Shown one piece after another: positions 47,970 through 57,635 of a DNA stretch of 64,000 bases. Source of the stretch: a virus. Its lineage: Duplodnaviria > Caudoviricetes. The stretch lies in the IMG/VR virus record IMGVR_UViG_3300015262_000004, positions 560-64,559 of that record. One strand, given 5' to 3'. The notes under the pieces were generated by a model that saw nothing but the letters and a program-made list of their open reading frames with translations, did not search any database and was not told the origin of the DNA. The first letter of the stretch is position 1; every line of letters begins with the position of its first letter. Made by a program: the position numbers and the translations under genes.

Positions 47970-48296
47970 TTAGGCCCGTGGATCCATTGCCGTGTGAAGC
48001 GCGCGCAGCTTATCCGAAGGGCTCAGGTTGATGATATTTGCGTACGTGTCCTGCGTAGCATCGAGGGCATTTAGGCGGTTGATCTTGTTGATCGCTTGGG
48101 CAGCCTGGTAGCGGTACACCGAATGTGATGGTGTGTTCCCAGTGGCCAGCACGTCACGTGCGGCCGCAAGCCAGCGACAAATTGTCTTCTTGGATATACC
48201 CAGCAGCACGCCGGTATTCGTGGCCGACAAAGCAACCGCGTCGTTAAACGCGGCCAGCAGGCGCAGGAATTCCAGCAGTTCTTTTTCGTTAAGCAT
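47970..48296 (-). CDS. possible HTH protein
   Basis: TGVLLGISKKTICRW; GGAG RBS. Confidence 0.55.
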   Translation of the reverse strand: MLNEKELLEFLRLLAAFNDAVALSATNTGVLLGISKKTICRWLAAARDVLATGNTPSHSVYRYQAAQAINKINRLNALDATQDTYANIINLSPSDKLRALHTAMDPRA

Positions 48297-48349
48297 TTGC
48301 CCCACTCCAGTCAGCGCGGGGCCGAAGCCCCGCCAAGTCCCTTGCTTAC

Positions 48350-49975
48350 TCAGTCATCCCAGCCGGCGAATGCCAGCGCCGGATCGGCCAAGTGAGGTTG
48401 GTTCGGTGCGCCAGTGGGTTGTGCGTCTGGCTGTGGGCCATTCGTCCAACCATCACCGCCGGCCGGCTGCTGTACAACAGGTTGCTGTTGAGCAACAGGT
48501 TGCTGGGTTTGCTGCGGCTGTTGCTGAGGCTGCGGCTGTTGGCCACCTTGAGCACGCTGCTTGTCAGCTTCGTCCAGGCGTTCGTCCTCCTGGATTTCCT
48601 CCTTGGTCCGGCGCTGCTTACCTGCCGAGGGCCGACCACGTTCGCGGCCACCTTCTGGTGCCAACGGGGCTTGCTGCTGCGGCGGCTGCTGGTTGTGCGC
48701 AGTGCCCTCCTCACCTGGCCACCCACCGGCGCCGACGTTGGCTGCTGGCTGATGGTTCTGCTGCGGCTGGTTGTTCACAACAGGTTGGGCTTGCTCACCC
48801 CAGCCCGCATTGGCAACAGGTTGCTGTGGGTCTTCACCCCAGCCCGCGCCGGCCGCTGGTTGTGGCCGCTGCTGGTTGGCTGGGTTGGTGGTAGCGCCGG
48901 CCCCGCTCCAGGTTTCGTGCGAAGCCGATTGCGGCATGCGCTCAACCGGTTGCGGCTGTTGCTGCGGCTGGTTAACAGGGCGCACTTGCTCACCCCAGCC
49001 CGCGTCGGCCGGCAGGTATTCTTGCTGCGGCTGTTGCTGCTGATGGTTCTGCTGCGGCTGGTTGTTCACAACAGGTTGGGCTTGCTCACCCCACCCAGCG
49101 TCGGACGGTGCCGGCCGTTGCTGCGGCTGCTGCTGGTGGGTCTGCTGCGGCTGCTGGTAGTTCTGCTGGGGCTGTTGCTGATGGTTCTGCGGCTGCTGCG
49201 GCTGTTGGTTGTACTGCGACTGCGGCGCTTGCAGCACGCCTTGAGCTTCGGCCAGGCCACACACGCGCTTGGCTTCTTCGTCATCGTAACGACCGTTCAC
49301 CGCTTCGTATTCGTCCATGTCCAGCCAGCGTCTGGCTTTAAACAACAGCTTGGGGAAACTGACGGTGGTGTCAAACGACAGGGTCGCGACGATCATGTTG
49401 TACGCGGCCGGTGGGGTGTTCGCACCCAGCCCGCTGATGAACCCACGGAAGTCCTTGAGCGAAGCCGGCGGCACAGCCACCTGGTACAGGTCGCCCTTGT
49501 ACGCGAAGCTACCACCCTGACCCGGGGCCATGATCGCCATACGCTTGGTGTCTTGGCAGGCTTTGCCCTTGGCGCCCGTGGTTGGGTTCACGTAGGAACC
49601 CCACTGATTTTTCGGGCACTCGGCGCAGTTGACGTGCTGCTTGGCTGGTGAGTCAACGCGGGGTGCCACGCCGTCATCGCTTGAGCAATCCGGCTGGGTG
49701 GTGTCGTCGTTCGGGTTCCAGTCCTTGAGGTAGAACGTCTTGTTGATACCGTCGTTGATGCGGACGATGGCAACGTCCAGGTCGAAGGCCTGGATCGGCT
49801 GGATACTGCCGCCGATTACGCGGGAAAAGCGGCACTGTTTCAGGCTGATGCGGTTGACACCACCGACACCAGTGCCGACAACGGCACCGGCGTTCATCAG
49901 GCGAGCGCGGTCGGTTTGATTCTGGACATAGGCCGGGGCTTGACCCTGGCCAAAGGGAATTAGATTGCTCATCAC
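48350..49975 (-). CDS. probable ssDNA-binding protein with long Q/P-rich repeat tail
   Basis: PDCSS...CAECPKNQWGS...KAC...VPPASL core; acidic/aromatic terminus AGWDD; replication-module position. Confidence 0.6.
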   Translation of the reverse strand: MMSNLIPFGQGQAPAYVQNQTDRARLMNAGAVVGTGVGGVNRISLKQCRFSRVIGGSIQPIQAFDLDVAIVRINDGINKTFYLKDWNPNDDTTQPDCSSDDGVAPRVDSPAKQHVNCAECPKNQWGSYVNPTTGAKGKACQDTKRMAIMAPGQGGSFAYKGDLYQVAVPPASLKDFRGFISGLGANTPPAAYNMIVATLSFDTTVSFPKLLFKARRWLDMDEYEAVNGRYDDEEAKRVCGLAEAQGVLQAPQSQYNQQPQQPQNHQQQPQQNYQQPQQTHQQQPQQRPAPSDAGWGEQAQPVVNNQPQQNHQQQQPQQEYLPADAGWGEQVRPVNQPQQQPQPVERMPQSASHETWSGAGATTNPANQQRPQPAAGAGWGEDPQQPVANAGWGEQAQPVVNNQPQQNHQPAANVGAGGWPGEEGTAHNQQPPQQQAPLAPEGGRERGRPSAGKQRRTKEEIQEDERLDEADKQRAQGGQQPQPQQQPQQTQQPVAQQQPVVQQPAGGDGWTNGPQPDAQPTGAPNQPHLADPALAFAGWDD

Positions 49976-49994
49976 GGCTTATCCTTGGATTGGT

Positions 49995-50558
49995 TTATTT
50001 GCGACGAATGCGAACTTCGCGAACGTAGTCAATTTTCACGCCGGGGATGTGTTCCCCGGGGTGGGCCTCCATCCACGCCTTCACGTTGGTAGAACTGATC
50101 CGAGTCTGTAACAGGTCCACATCACCGTGTGTACGGATGTGCTCCGTTAAAGCCCCTTTGTCTCCTATTGCACACCTGAAAGCAGTTTGTGTGTACGCGG
50201 TGCCAAGGTTTGTACTCACGGAGTCCATATTGTGTGCATTCAGGAACCCGAGCAAGCCCCCTTCGCACCGGGCTAACTCCGCTTGTGGCACTTCCAGCTC
50301 TTTCGCATGGCGCGCTTTGATCTTCTCGATCTCATCGCGCACTGTGATCGTCCGAGCCATGAGTTCATCCACCTGGGCGTTTGCTGCCGGGGCTGCGGGT
50401 TGCGGCCCCTGCGAATTCAGGAACTGAATGAATTTGTTCACCTTGGTGTACGCCAAGGCCTGGTCAACATAAGGACCGAACCGGGACAGCAGGTCGGGTG
50501 TGTAGAAGTACCACTGTCCATCGGAATCCATATGGACGGGGTCGGCTTTGTAGTACAT
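49995..50558 (-). CDS. hypothetical replication-module protein
   Basis: Coiled coil, GTAY, DLLQTRIS, IPGV. Confidence 0.65.
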   Translation of the reverse strand: MYYKADPVHMDSDGQWYFYTPDLLSRFGPYVDQALAYTKVNKFIQFLNSQGPQPAAPAANAQVDELMARTITVRDEIEKIKARHAKELEVPQAELARCEGGLLGFLNAHNMDSVSTNLGTAYTQTAFRCAIGDKGALTEHIRTHGDVDLLQTRISSTNVKAWMEAHPGEHIPGVKIDYVREVRIRRK

Positions 50559-50595
50559 GGCGGCGACTCGCTCTGTTGCTGTGTGTATAGTTCCT

Positions 50596-50624
50596 ATACT
50601 AGATGACACGATCTACCCCGTCAA
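50596..50624 (-). promoter_or_regulatory. sigma70-type promoter with operator
   Basis: TTGACG-17-TAGTAT; TGTATAGTTCCTATACT at 50584-50600. Confidence 0.6.
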
Positions 50625-52193
50625 CTATTGCAACCCAAGTTCCCCGAGGAACAGATTTAACACCGACCCTTGCACGTCCTTCTTGCTGCGCAAGGCCCTG
50701 TAAATGTTCTCTTCCAGCTTGGTCGCCGCGATCGTAGCCACAGTCATATTGCGGGTTTGACCCGGCCGGTTCATGCGGTTGTTCGCTTGCTCGAAAACTT
50801 CCAGGCTGCTGATAGGTGCGTACCAAACGGTGGTGTCCGCTTCGGTCAAGGTCAGGCCGTGGGCTGTGGTGCCTGGGTGCGCGACGATGATCCGAGGTTC
50901 GACCTGTTGCTGGAAGTCGGAGAATATCTTTTTGCGCTGCGTGTCCGATGTCCTCCCGTCCACTTTTGCCACTGTCCACCTTTTTGCCAGATGTGCGGCC
51001 ACAGCGTCGAGCGCCTGGGTGAAGGGCACGAAAACGATCACCTTGTGTGCACTCTGTTCCACAACCTGTTCGCACAACTGCAGTCTCTCCTTGGTGTCGA
51101 CGCGGTGGCTGGCCCCGAACTCGTCGTACAGGGAACCCACGCATATCTGTAGCAACTTGGTCATCTTGACCGCCGCGTTCGCGGCTGTGATCGTCACGCC
51201 CCGGATCTCGGTGGCCATGGTGGTGATCATTGAGCGGTACGCGGCCTGTTGTTCCGGTGTCAGACCACAGGTCAGCGAAACGAAACTCACCGGCGGCAGG
51301 TCAATGCAGTCCTCTTTCTTGAAGCGGATCCCCGGTTGCATGATCGCGTACGCCTGAGTGTACGCGTCCGGTTTGGGTACCCACTTGTACTGGGTCAATT
51401 GCAGCATAGTCTGATCACGGAAGGCCGTGAAGTACGCCGGTCTTACCCGGTTTCCATGCATCAGCTTAGCCAATCCCCACGCATCCGTCGGAGCTTCTGG
51501 GCACGGCGTGCCGGTCATCAGCCACATCCAGTCGGTGCCGCGTACCAGGCTGGCCAGCAGCGCATGCCGCTTGGACGCCGGGTTACGGAACGCGCCGGCT
51601 TCGTCGATGATCCACAGGTTGATGTCTGTCCTACCCCGCAATTCCTTCTCGACCACCTTGAGCCCGTCGTGATTGATGATGTAGATGTCGGCCGGGTCGT
51701 TGAGAATTTTCTGCCTGCGCTTGCGATCGCCGTACACCACGTTGACCTTGAGCCGCGACAGGAAGTGGTTGCGAATCTCATCCTCCCACACGCTAAACAG
51801 CGTGGACTTAGGACACACGACGATCGCGCGCTGGATGATCCCCAGCGATTTCATGTAGTCGAACGACCACAACGCGCTGAGGGTTTTGCCCGTGCCCATG
51901 TCGTTGAGGCAGATGCTGCGGTTGTAGAGGGTGAAGAATTCGGAGGTGGTGACCTGGTGGTCGAAGGGCTTGAACGGTGGCTTGATGGGGAAGTCGTAGA
52001 AATACCTGATGGGTGACGGCGCCGCGATGCCGAGGTTGCGCAGTACCCTGGCCTCATCGAGGCCGAACCGAACTTGGGTCAGCATTCCCTGCTCGGGGTC
52101 GTTAACCAGCCGTGACTTGGGAATGTTGAGCAAGACCCGGTCGGGCTCGCGCAACTTGAGCACCAGGCTCTGGCTTTCCTTGTGTACTAGCAT
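50625..52193 (-). CDS. SNF2-type SF2 helicase
   Basis: DMGTGKT, IIDEA, MTGTP, HGLTL, QANNRMNRPGQ. Confidence 0.92.
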   Translation of the reverse strand: MLVHKESQSLVLKLREPDRVLLNIPKSRLVNDPEQGMLTQVRFGLDEARVLRNLGIAAPSPIRYFYDFPIKPPFKPFDHQVTTSEFFTLYNRSICLNDMGTGKTLSALWSFDYMKSLGIIQRAIVVCPKSTLFSVWEDEIRNHFLSRLKVNVVYGDRKRRQKILNDPADIYIINHDGLKVVEKELRGRTDINLWIIDEAGAFRNPASKRHALLASLVRGTDWMWLMTGTPCPEAPTDAWGLAKLMHGNRVRPAYFTAFRDQTMLQLTQYKWVPKPDAYTQAYAIMQPGIRFKKEDCIDLPPVSFVSLTCGLTPEQQAAYRSMITTMATEIRGVTITAANAAVKMTKLLQICVGSLYDEFGASHRVDTKERLQLCEQVVEQSAHKVIVFVPFTQALDAVAAHLAKRWTVAKVDGRTSDTQRKKIFSDFQQQVEPRIIVAHPGTTAHGLTLTEADTTVWYAPISSLEVFEQANNRMNRPGQTRNMTVATIAATKLEENIYRALRSKKDVQGSVLNLFLGELGLQ

Positions 52194-52638
52194 GGCTCAC
52201 CGTCGTTTGCTTGGGCCGGCGCGGGGCCGCGCTGCCCTTTTCAAAAGGTATGAACACCTCGGCATAGCCGTGGCATCGAGCAACGTGCCCAACGCAGGTG
52301 TTCTTGGTTCTCTCGGTATCACCGAACAACGCGTTGATGCGCCATCCCGGTTTCTTCAACCACTTTTCCAGCAAGCCAAGGTTGTCGCGGTTGATCACCA
52401 GGCTGCTGCCATTGCAGGCCATGACCCGGTTCAACCACAGCCGTTGCAGCACGGATACCCGCTTGATGTTGCCGGCCTTGTACTCGACCCCGCCGAAGTG
52501 CCCATCACTGCGACACACGACGTCATCGGCACGGCCGTTCTGGCCCATGCCGTTCATAACGGTACGGTCATACATTGCGCCGTGCAGCTTGATCAGCTGC
52601 TTGGCCTTGTCCTTAACCTTGCCCTCGGGTGTGGCCAT
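52102..52638 (-). CDS. VRR-NUC nuclease
   Basis: MATPEGKVK...GRADD...GVEYKA...LQ. Confidence 0.8.
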   Translation of the reverse strand: MATPEGKVKDKAKQLIKLHGAMYDRTVMNGMGQNGRADDVVCRSDGHFGGVEYKAGNIKRVSVLQRLWLNRVMACNGSSLVINRDNLGLLEKWLKKPGWRINALFGDTERTKNTCVGHVARCHGYAEVFIPFEKGSAAPRRPKQTTVSHASTQGKPEPGAQVARARPGLAQHSQVTAG

Positions 52639-52955
52639 CAGGCGATCCCTACTGTAGGGACACTGCTGCGCTTCCACTGCGACAGCTCGGCATGCGCGAA
52701 CGCTGCCAGCACGCTGTCGAACGGGGGCGACGTATAGAACCCCCGGTTGGCTTGCCACACAAAACGATCCTGCTCTAAGTCGTACGCGGCGTAAAGGAAG
52801 TGCGTCCAGTCCCACACTGCATCCCGTGCCAACGTGACGTGCTCGCCATAGTCCGGGGTCGGCACAACGCGTGGTGCGAACCCGGCTGCCTTGAGTGTAG
52901 CCACGGCCTCACGGCCTGCCTGCTGCAGCGCCAGGCTAAAACCTTGTCGGTTCAT
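52638..52955 (-). CDS. paralogue-family protein
   Basis: LKAAGF...FDSVLAAFAHAELSQWKR. Confidence 0.75.
   Translation of the reverse strand: MNRQGFSLALQQAGREAVATLKAAGFAPRVVPTPDYGEHVTLARDAVWDWTHFLYAAYDLEQDRFVWQANRGFYTSPPFDSVLAAFAHAELSQWKRSSVPTVGIA
52645..52661. repeat. 17-bp palindrome copy 12
   Basis: ATCCCTACTGTAGGGAC, just before the VRR-NUC ATG. Confidence 0.9.
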
Positions 52956-53431
52956 CGGCCGTCCTCCCAGCAGCTGGGGTCGGACGCCTGTGTTTCTGGG
53001 TTGCCTGGGTGGGTGCACCAGGGGCAATCGTTGTTGGCCAGGCCATAGGCGTCGTCGGCTGGCGACCGGGCGCAGGTGCACCCCTCACGGAGCAACCCCC
53101 GGTCGACAAATTCCCGCCGATCGTCCGAGGCCTCCCGCGTCAACCGCCTGCGGCTGCCGCGTCCCCAGTCATCGAGACTGGCGTACACCACAGCATGTTG
53201 CACTTCACCGAAACCAATGTGGTGGTAGGCCGGTTCATGCCCACCAGGCACGTACACCAACACTGACCAGCTCAGCGGCCGGCCATCCTCACGGACGGCG
53301 TCGATCACTTCCATATCGTCGTCATGCCACCGGTACCACCGGCGACCCGGGTCGTATTCGTAAAACCCTACGTCCCGCAGAAACTCCGCGTCTACCGCGT
53401 CTACCGCCGTGGCGGTGTGCTGCTCATCCAT
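52952..53431 (-). CDS. paralogue-family protein with Cys-rich C-terminal extension
   Basis: LRDVGF...FGEVQHAVVYASLDDWGR, then CTC...CPWC. Confidence 0.65.
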   Translation of the reverse strand: MDEQHTATAVDAVDAEFLRDVGFYEYDPGRRWYRWHDDDMEVIDAVREDGRPLSWSVLVYVPGGHEPAYHHIGFGEVQHAVVYASLDDWGRGSRRRLTREASDDRREFVDRGLLREGCTCARSPADDAYGLANNDCPWCTHPGNPETQASDPSCWEDGR

Positions 53432-53442
53432 GCAAACATTCC

Positions 53443-53781
53443 TCAGCGATCCCACCCGCCAAGACTCTCAAAAACATACGCGGCCGCAGCCGATTCAAAC
53501 TCTAACGTGTAATTCTCCAAGGCCCACCACCAACGCTTACCATCGTACCTCGCTTGCAATATCGGACGTCGGTTCCACGGGCGCTCTGGTGGCTCCCGGT
53601 TTGTAAATGTCAACGTCCCCCATGTCACATAGGTGCACGGGAAGGCCGCTGTCAGCGTGAACCCCAGCGCGTCGGCCTCATCCACAAACGCCTCGAAACC
53701 TGGCATCGATTCCAGCGCCTGATCCATATCAAGCGCCCGATCCCGCCGGGTTTCCACTATTACATCGGCGGTAGTGGCCAT
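53443..53781 (-). CDS. paralogue-family protein
   Basis: DALGF...FESAAAAYVFESLGGWDR. Confidence 0.7.
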   Translation of the reverse strand: MATTADVIVETRRDRALDMDQALESMPGFEAFVDEADALGFTLTAAFPCTYVTWGTLTFTNREPPERPWNRRPILQARYDGKRWWWALENYTLEFESAAAAYVFESLGGWDR

Positions 53782-54077
53782 CCGATTGACTCCCGATCTG
53801 GGTCACCGTTCGGGCGACACCGGTTTGTTTCAACGTGCTTCTTCCAGCCTTCTGGATCCTTGTCGCGGCCCGGCTCAAAGCTCAGGAACGCGTTGTAGCA
53901 AACGTCCATGTGGTCGTAGCAATAGTTGTCGCCGATGCCGCTGTAGGTCAGGTCGATCGACAGCCGCCAGTTGTAGCCCATCCGGTGCATGCCGATCCAA
54001 CTGCCGTCCCCGCACCGCCTGACGAACTGGTACTGCGTGGCCAGGAACTCACCCAGCTCTTTCTCACCTGTGTCCAT
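53760..54077 (-). CDS. hypothetical protein
   Basis: YCY...DPEGWKKH...RCRP. Confidence 0.65.
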   Translation of the reverse strand: MDTGEKELGEFLATQYQFVRRCGDGSWIGMHRMGYNWRLSIDLTYSGIGDNYCYDHMDVCYNAFLSFEPGRDKDPEGWKKHVETNRCRPNGDPDRESIGWPLPPM

Positions 54078-55187
54078 CTACCCCGCCCTTTTACCGTTGT
54101 GTTCGCAGCTCATCACGTCACACCAGGCTTTACACAACCCGTTGGGGCGCTTCGGCCAAGCCTGCCTGGTGTACGCGTCCTGCAGCTGCGCGTATTTGTG
54201 GTCGAACTCCGACCACACAGACTGTACGTTGCTGCGTGCAATGATAACCGGCGGCGTGATCTGCTTGTGTTCTAACCAGATGTAACCCGAAGCCACCTCA
54301 TCGATGTCCGGGTAATCCGCCAGGGTGAACCCGTCGTACAGTTTCAACTGGCCCGCGTCGTTGCGGATCTTGCCGGTCTTCCAGTCGAACACCTCAGCCT
54401 TGCGTTCCTGTGGGTACAGGATTGTGATGTCGACCTTGCCCCGGATCCATGCGTCCTTAGACTTGTAGCCAGTTTGCGTGCGGTCGCGGGTGACTGCCGC
54501 TTGCCGCTCGGCCATCACGATCCCGCCGCGTCTTGCGGCCCGCTCCAACACCCAGTCACCGTAGGGTGCGTAGTGCATCATGTTCCCCGGCATACCGCTA
54601 CTGCCTTGGGTTATCACGTACTTCTCCAACCCGTTGTGGGCATCGTCGCCCCACTTGGCGTCGGCACTTTGAACGTACTTCACTTCCTTGGTGATGTACT
54701 TGGCGTGGTACTGGTAGGCACAGGTGTCGAACACACCCAGCGATGAATACGACTGCGGGAAAATGTAGGGTGTCGGTGGCGCAACGTCCGCTGCCTTCAC
54801 CGTGGCGTTAGGGTAGACCACCTCAACGCGGAGGCCGTAAGTTTTGGCCACCTCGATCATCTGCGCGGTGCCCCGGCTCGACCCATCCCACATCGCTACC
54901 AACACGCTGTCAGGAACTTCACTGGCGTATACCGCCATATCACCGTTGCGAATGAAGCCGGCCCCTTTGTTGGTGCTGCCGTCTGGGTTCTGCCAGGCGG
55001 GGATGAACTGGCGCACAGGGATGCCGAACATGCCGGCGATCTCCTCACCCCACTGGTCCGGCCCCATCGCGTGACCACTGATGATTTCAGTGGGCTTGCT
55101 GGTACACACCCGCTTCACCGTCTCAAGCAAGCGCTCGAAGTTCCCGACGCGGGTGATGTCCCGGGAACCCGCAATGATCAGTCTCAT
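54078..55187 (-). CDS. SLOG (YspA/DUF2493-like) domain fused to Cas4-like PD-(D/E)XK exonuclease
   Basis: N: IIAGSR, ISGHAMGPD, AGFIRN, WDGSSRGT; C: SYSS...C, RGKVD, DWKTGK, C...C...C. Confidence 0.82.
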   Translation of the reverse strand: MRLIIAGSRDITRVGNFERLLETVKRVCTSKPTEIISGHAMGPDQWGEEIAGMFGIPVRQFIPAWQNPDGSTNKGAGFIRNGDMAVYASEVPDSVLVAMWDGSSRGTAQMIEVAKTYGLRVEVVYPNATVKAADVAPPTPYIFPQSYSSLGVFDTCAYQYHAKYITKEVKYVQSADAKWGDDAHNGLEKYVITQGSSGMPGNMMHYAPYGDWVLERAARRGGIVMAERQAAVTRDRTQTGYKSKDAWIRGKVDITILYPQERKAEVFDWKTGKIRNDAGQLKLYDGFTLADYPDIDEVASGYIWLEHKQITPPVIIARSNVQSVWSEFDHKYAQLQDAYTRQAWPKRPNGLCKAWCDVMSCEHNGKRAG

Positions 55188-55483
55188 GGTTCAACCTCGC
55201 CATTCAGTCCATGTCGACAACCTGTTGTCGCAAGGTCGCCGCCTTCTGTTCCAGCCGTTCCCGCCTCGCTGGGTCTTTTACCGTGGCAGCCAGCAACGCC
55301 GCCGTCTCTGTTGCCTTGATCAGTACCGCCTTCAATCGCTGCTTGTTCATGCTTACCCACCCTTGGCTTGTTCGTTACCATTCCGAAGTCTTCCCGGAGT
55401 TTTTCTATCCGGGTGCAGTCGATGCACTCGCGTGTGCCGATGCTGTGGAAATAAACCCAGCAGTGCTTGCGCGGCTTTCTCAT
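55184..55483 (-). CDS. hypothetical protein
   Basis: Coupled to the polymerase stop; second half overlaps an alternative ORF. Confidence 0.4.
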   Translation of the reverse strand: MRKPRKHCWVYFHSIGTRECIDCTRIEKLREDFGMVTNKPRVGKHEQAAIEGGTDQGNRDGGVAGCHGKRPSEAGTAGTEGGDLATTGCRHGLNGEVEP

Positions 55484-57603
55484 TACTTACACTCGCTGTA
55501 CCGGATGCCGTGGCCACCCTCGGCCGCAAGCGGCAGCTGTGGCCACCAGGTAGGCGACTGACTCATGACGCCGAGCATAAAGGCCAGGCAGTCATCCGCT
55601 TTTTCCTCCTTCACCACGGCAACCACTTCGTCGTGCACTGTCAGGGCCACGCCTTCCAGTGGGTCAGGGCTGCGGTACTTGTGCTGCACTTCCAGCATCT
55701 GATCGAACACCGCGTTACGAGCAAGCCACTGGCTGACGTTCTCCGTCACCGACCCGCCGTAAATCTTTTTCATGTGACGCTTTTCTTTGTCGTCGTAGAC
55801 CCATTGCATCTCCAGGTCGCCGTCGAAATTCTCCAGCAGTTCCTGCCGTAGGTTGTGGTACACGATCGGGTTACGGCCTGGCTGGCTGATCTGGCCATCG
55901 TCGATCTTGCACAGCCCCCACTGGTCGATGTACCCGCCGCCACCCCGGGCCATCCGTGGGATCGCGTTCTGGCAGCTGCGCCACAGCTTCGGTATCTCTG
56001 AGAACCTGCTGCGGTACACGGTCACGGTGCCTTGCGATTCATCCTCGCTGAGCCGGATGCCGCCCATGGTTCGAGCCGCGTTCCTGAATGACTTCCATCC
56101 CGACTGGTACTGCAGCTGCAGCATGCCGACCTTGCCGTGTTGCCGCTCGGTGTAGTCCGCCTTGGTGATCGTCCTGTTGTACAACGTGCTGGCAAAGGAT
56201 GAGTACACGTCGACGCCGGCCCGCAGCTCGGCGATCGTGTCCATCTGACCAGCCAGCAGGTGGCACACCCGCAGCTCGATCTGCGCCGAGTCAGCCACCA
56301 CGATTCGATACCCCGGCGGCGCCTCGATCGCGTCACGCAAACCGACAACGTGGCACGACTGCTGCCGCTCGTTGCTGTACACCGCGCCGTTCGCACACTT
56401 CACCTGGCCTGTGACCAGGTGGTAATCCAGCAGCCTGTCAGGCCCGTGCGGGGTCATGATCAGGGTACCCAGCGGCGTTTTCTTGCTGACCTTTCTGGTA
56501 CCGGTCAGGTTCTGCATGTTGATCTTCTGCCCACCGGCCAGGCGGTGGGTGTGAACCTTGCCGTACACCATCGGCACGGGCAGCCGGCCCCGCCCTGCGA
56601 TGTTGATAAACCGTTCTACCCGTGACTCGTTGATGGTTGATTTAACGCTGAGTCGAGCGGCGGCCAGTGCCTGTATATCCTCGGCCCCCTGCGGATCTGA
56701 TTCGTCTTCGTAGTCCAGCAGCGCAACCATCGGCTCATCGGTTTTCGCAAACGCGTACACCACCATCGGCGAACCGTCGGGGTTCTTTTTCTTGGGGCTC
56801 AACTTGGTCGGTGGGTCGATGTCGTAGTGCTGCTTGAACACGTCGGCCAGTACGGCGTCCTTCCTCAACAGCCGCTGGACTTCCAGCGTCCGGGTCAGTG
56901 CATCCGTACCCGCCGGCACGCCCATGATGTCGGCCACCCGCATCATCAGCTTGCCCTTTCGTATCTCCATATCCTGCGCCATGGTGCACAGAAGTGCACG
57001 GTTTAGGACCAGCTTGGGTTCGGCAAACATCGAGGTGGACAGACTGGCCAACCACAACTCGTTGACGGGCATCTGTGGCACGAACAAGTTGAACAATTCA
57101 AAGCAGCGATCGCTGTCGTCGCAGCAATAATCGCCGTAGTCCTGCAGTTCCCACGGGGTGAAGTCCGCGCGGCGTTTGTTCACGTACGTTTTGACCTGGG
57201 TGCCCTTGGCCTTCAACCCGTACAGCTCACACATCGCAGCCAGGGACTTCGCCTGCTTGCCACCGTGTAGCGACCGTGCCATCTGCAACGTGCAGCCATA
57301 GCCGGCCGGTCTGACGCCGATGATCTCGGTCAGGATGAACGCGTCGAACTCGGAATTGTTGTGCCCTATGCAGAAAATGCGGTGCCACGGCAGGGCTCTC
57401 AGGATCCCGCGCAGATACTCCAACGTGCCCGAGTACCAACGTGCCGGCGCCCGGCCCTTCTTGATGCTGAATCCAATGATCTCGAACCGAGGATCCCTAA
57501 CGTATTCCTCGGTCGTCATGTAGGTCAGGGAGTACCCGCCCTGGTCCTTGGTGGTGTAGAACGTTTCGAAGTCGAGGGTCAACTGCAGCAACGGTTCGTT
57601 CAT
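55483..57603 (-). CDS. DNA polymerase family A with 3'-5' exonuclease
   Basis: LDFET, HN..FD, YC..D; NMQN, DSAQIELR, RQHGK...LQY, TVHDEV; GGAGG RBS at ATG 57603. Confidence 0.93.
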   Translation of the reverse strand: MNEPLLQLTLDFETFYTTKDQGGYSLTYMTTEEYVRDPRFEIIGFSIKKGRAPARWYSGTLEYLRGILRALPWHRIFCIGHNNSEFDAFILTEIIGVRPAGYGCTLQMARSLHGGKQAKSLAAMCELYGLKAKGTQVKTYVNKRRADFTPWELQDYGDYCCDDSDRCFELFNLFVPQMPVNELWLASLSTSMFAEPKLVLNRALLCTMAQDMEIRKGKLMMRVADIMGVPAGTDALTRTLEVQRLLRKDAVLADVFKQHYDIDPPTKLSPKKKNPDGSPMVVYAFAKTDEPMVALLDYEDESDPQGAEDIQALAAARLSVKSTINESRVERFINIAGRGRLPVPMVYGKVHTHRLAGGQKINMQNLTGTRKVSKKTPLGTLIMTPHGPDRLLDYHLVTGQVKCANGAVYSNERQQSCHVVGLRDAIEAPPGYRIVVADSAQIELRVCHLLAGQMDTIAELRAGVDVYSSFASTLYNRTITKADYTERQHGKVGMLQLQYQSGWKSFRNAARTMGGIRLSEDESQGTVTVYRSRFSEIPKLWRSCQNAIPRMARGGGGYIDQWGLCKIDDGQISQPGRNPIVYHNLRQELLENFDGDLEMQWVYDDKEKRHMKKIYGGSVTENVSQWLARNAVFDQMLEVQHKYRSPDPLEGVALTVHDEVVAVVKEEKADDCLAFMLGVMSQSPTWWPQLPLAAEGGHGIRYSECK

Positions 57604-57635
57604 CCAGCCTCCGAAACCGAGCGCGACCCTCGATC

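Noticed and set aside
56340-56510. Functional intein in the DNA polymerase
   Set aside because: Too short and lacks the N-terminal Cys/Ser and the C-terminal His-Asn
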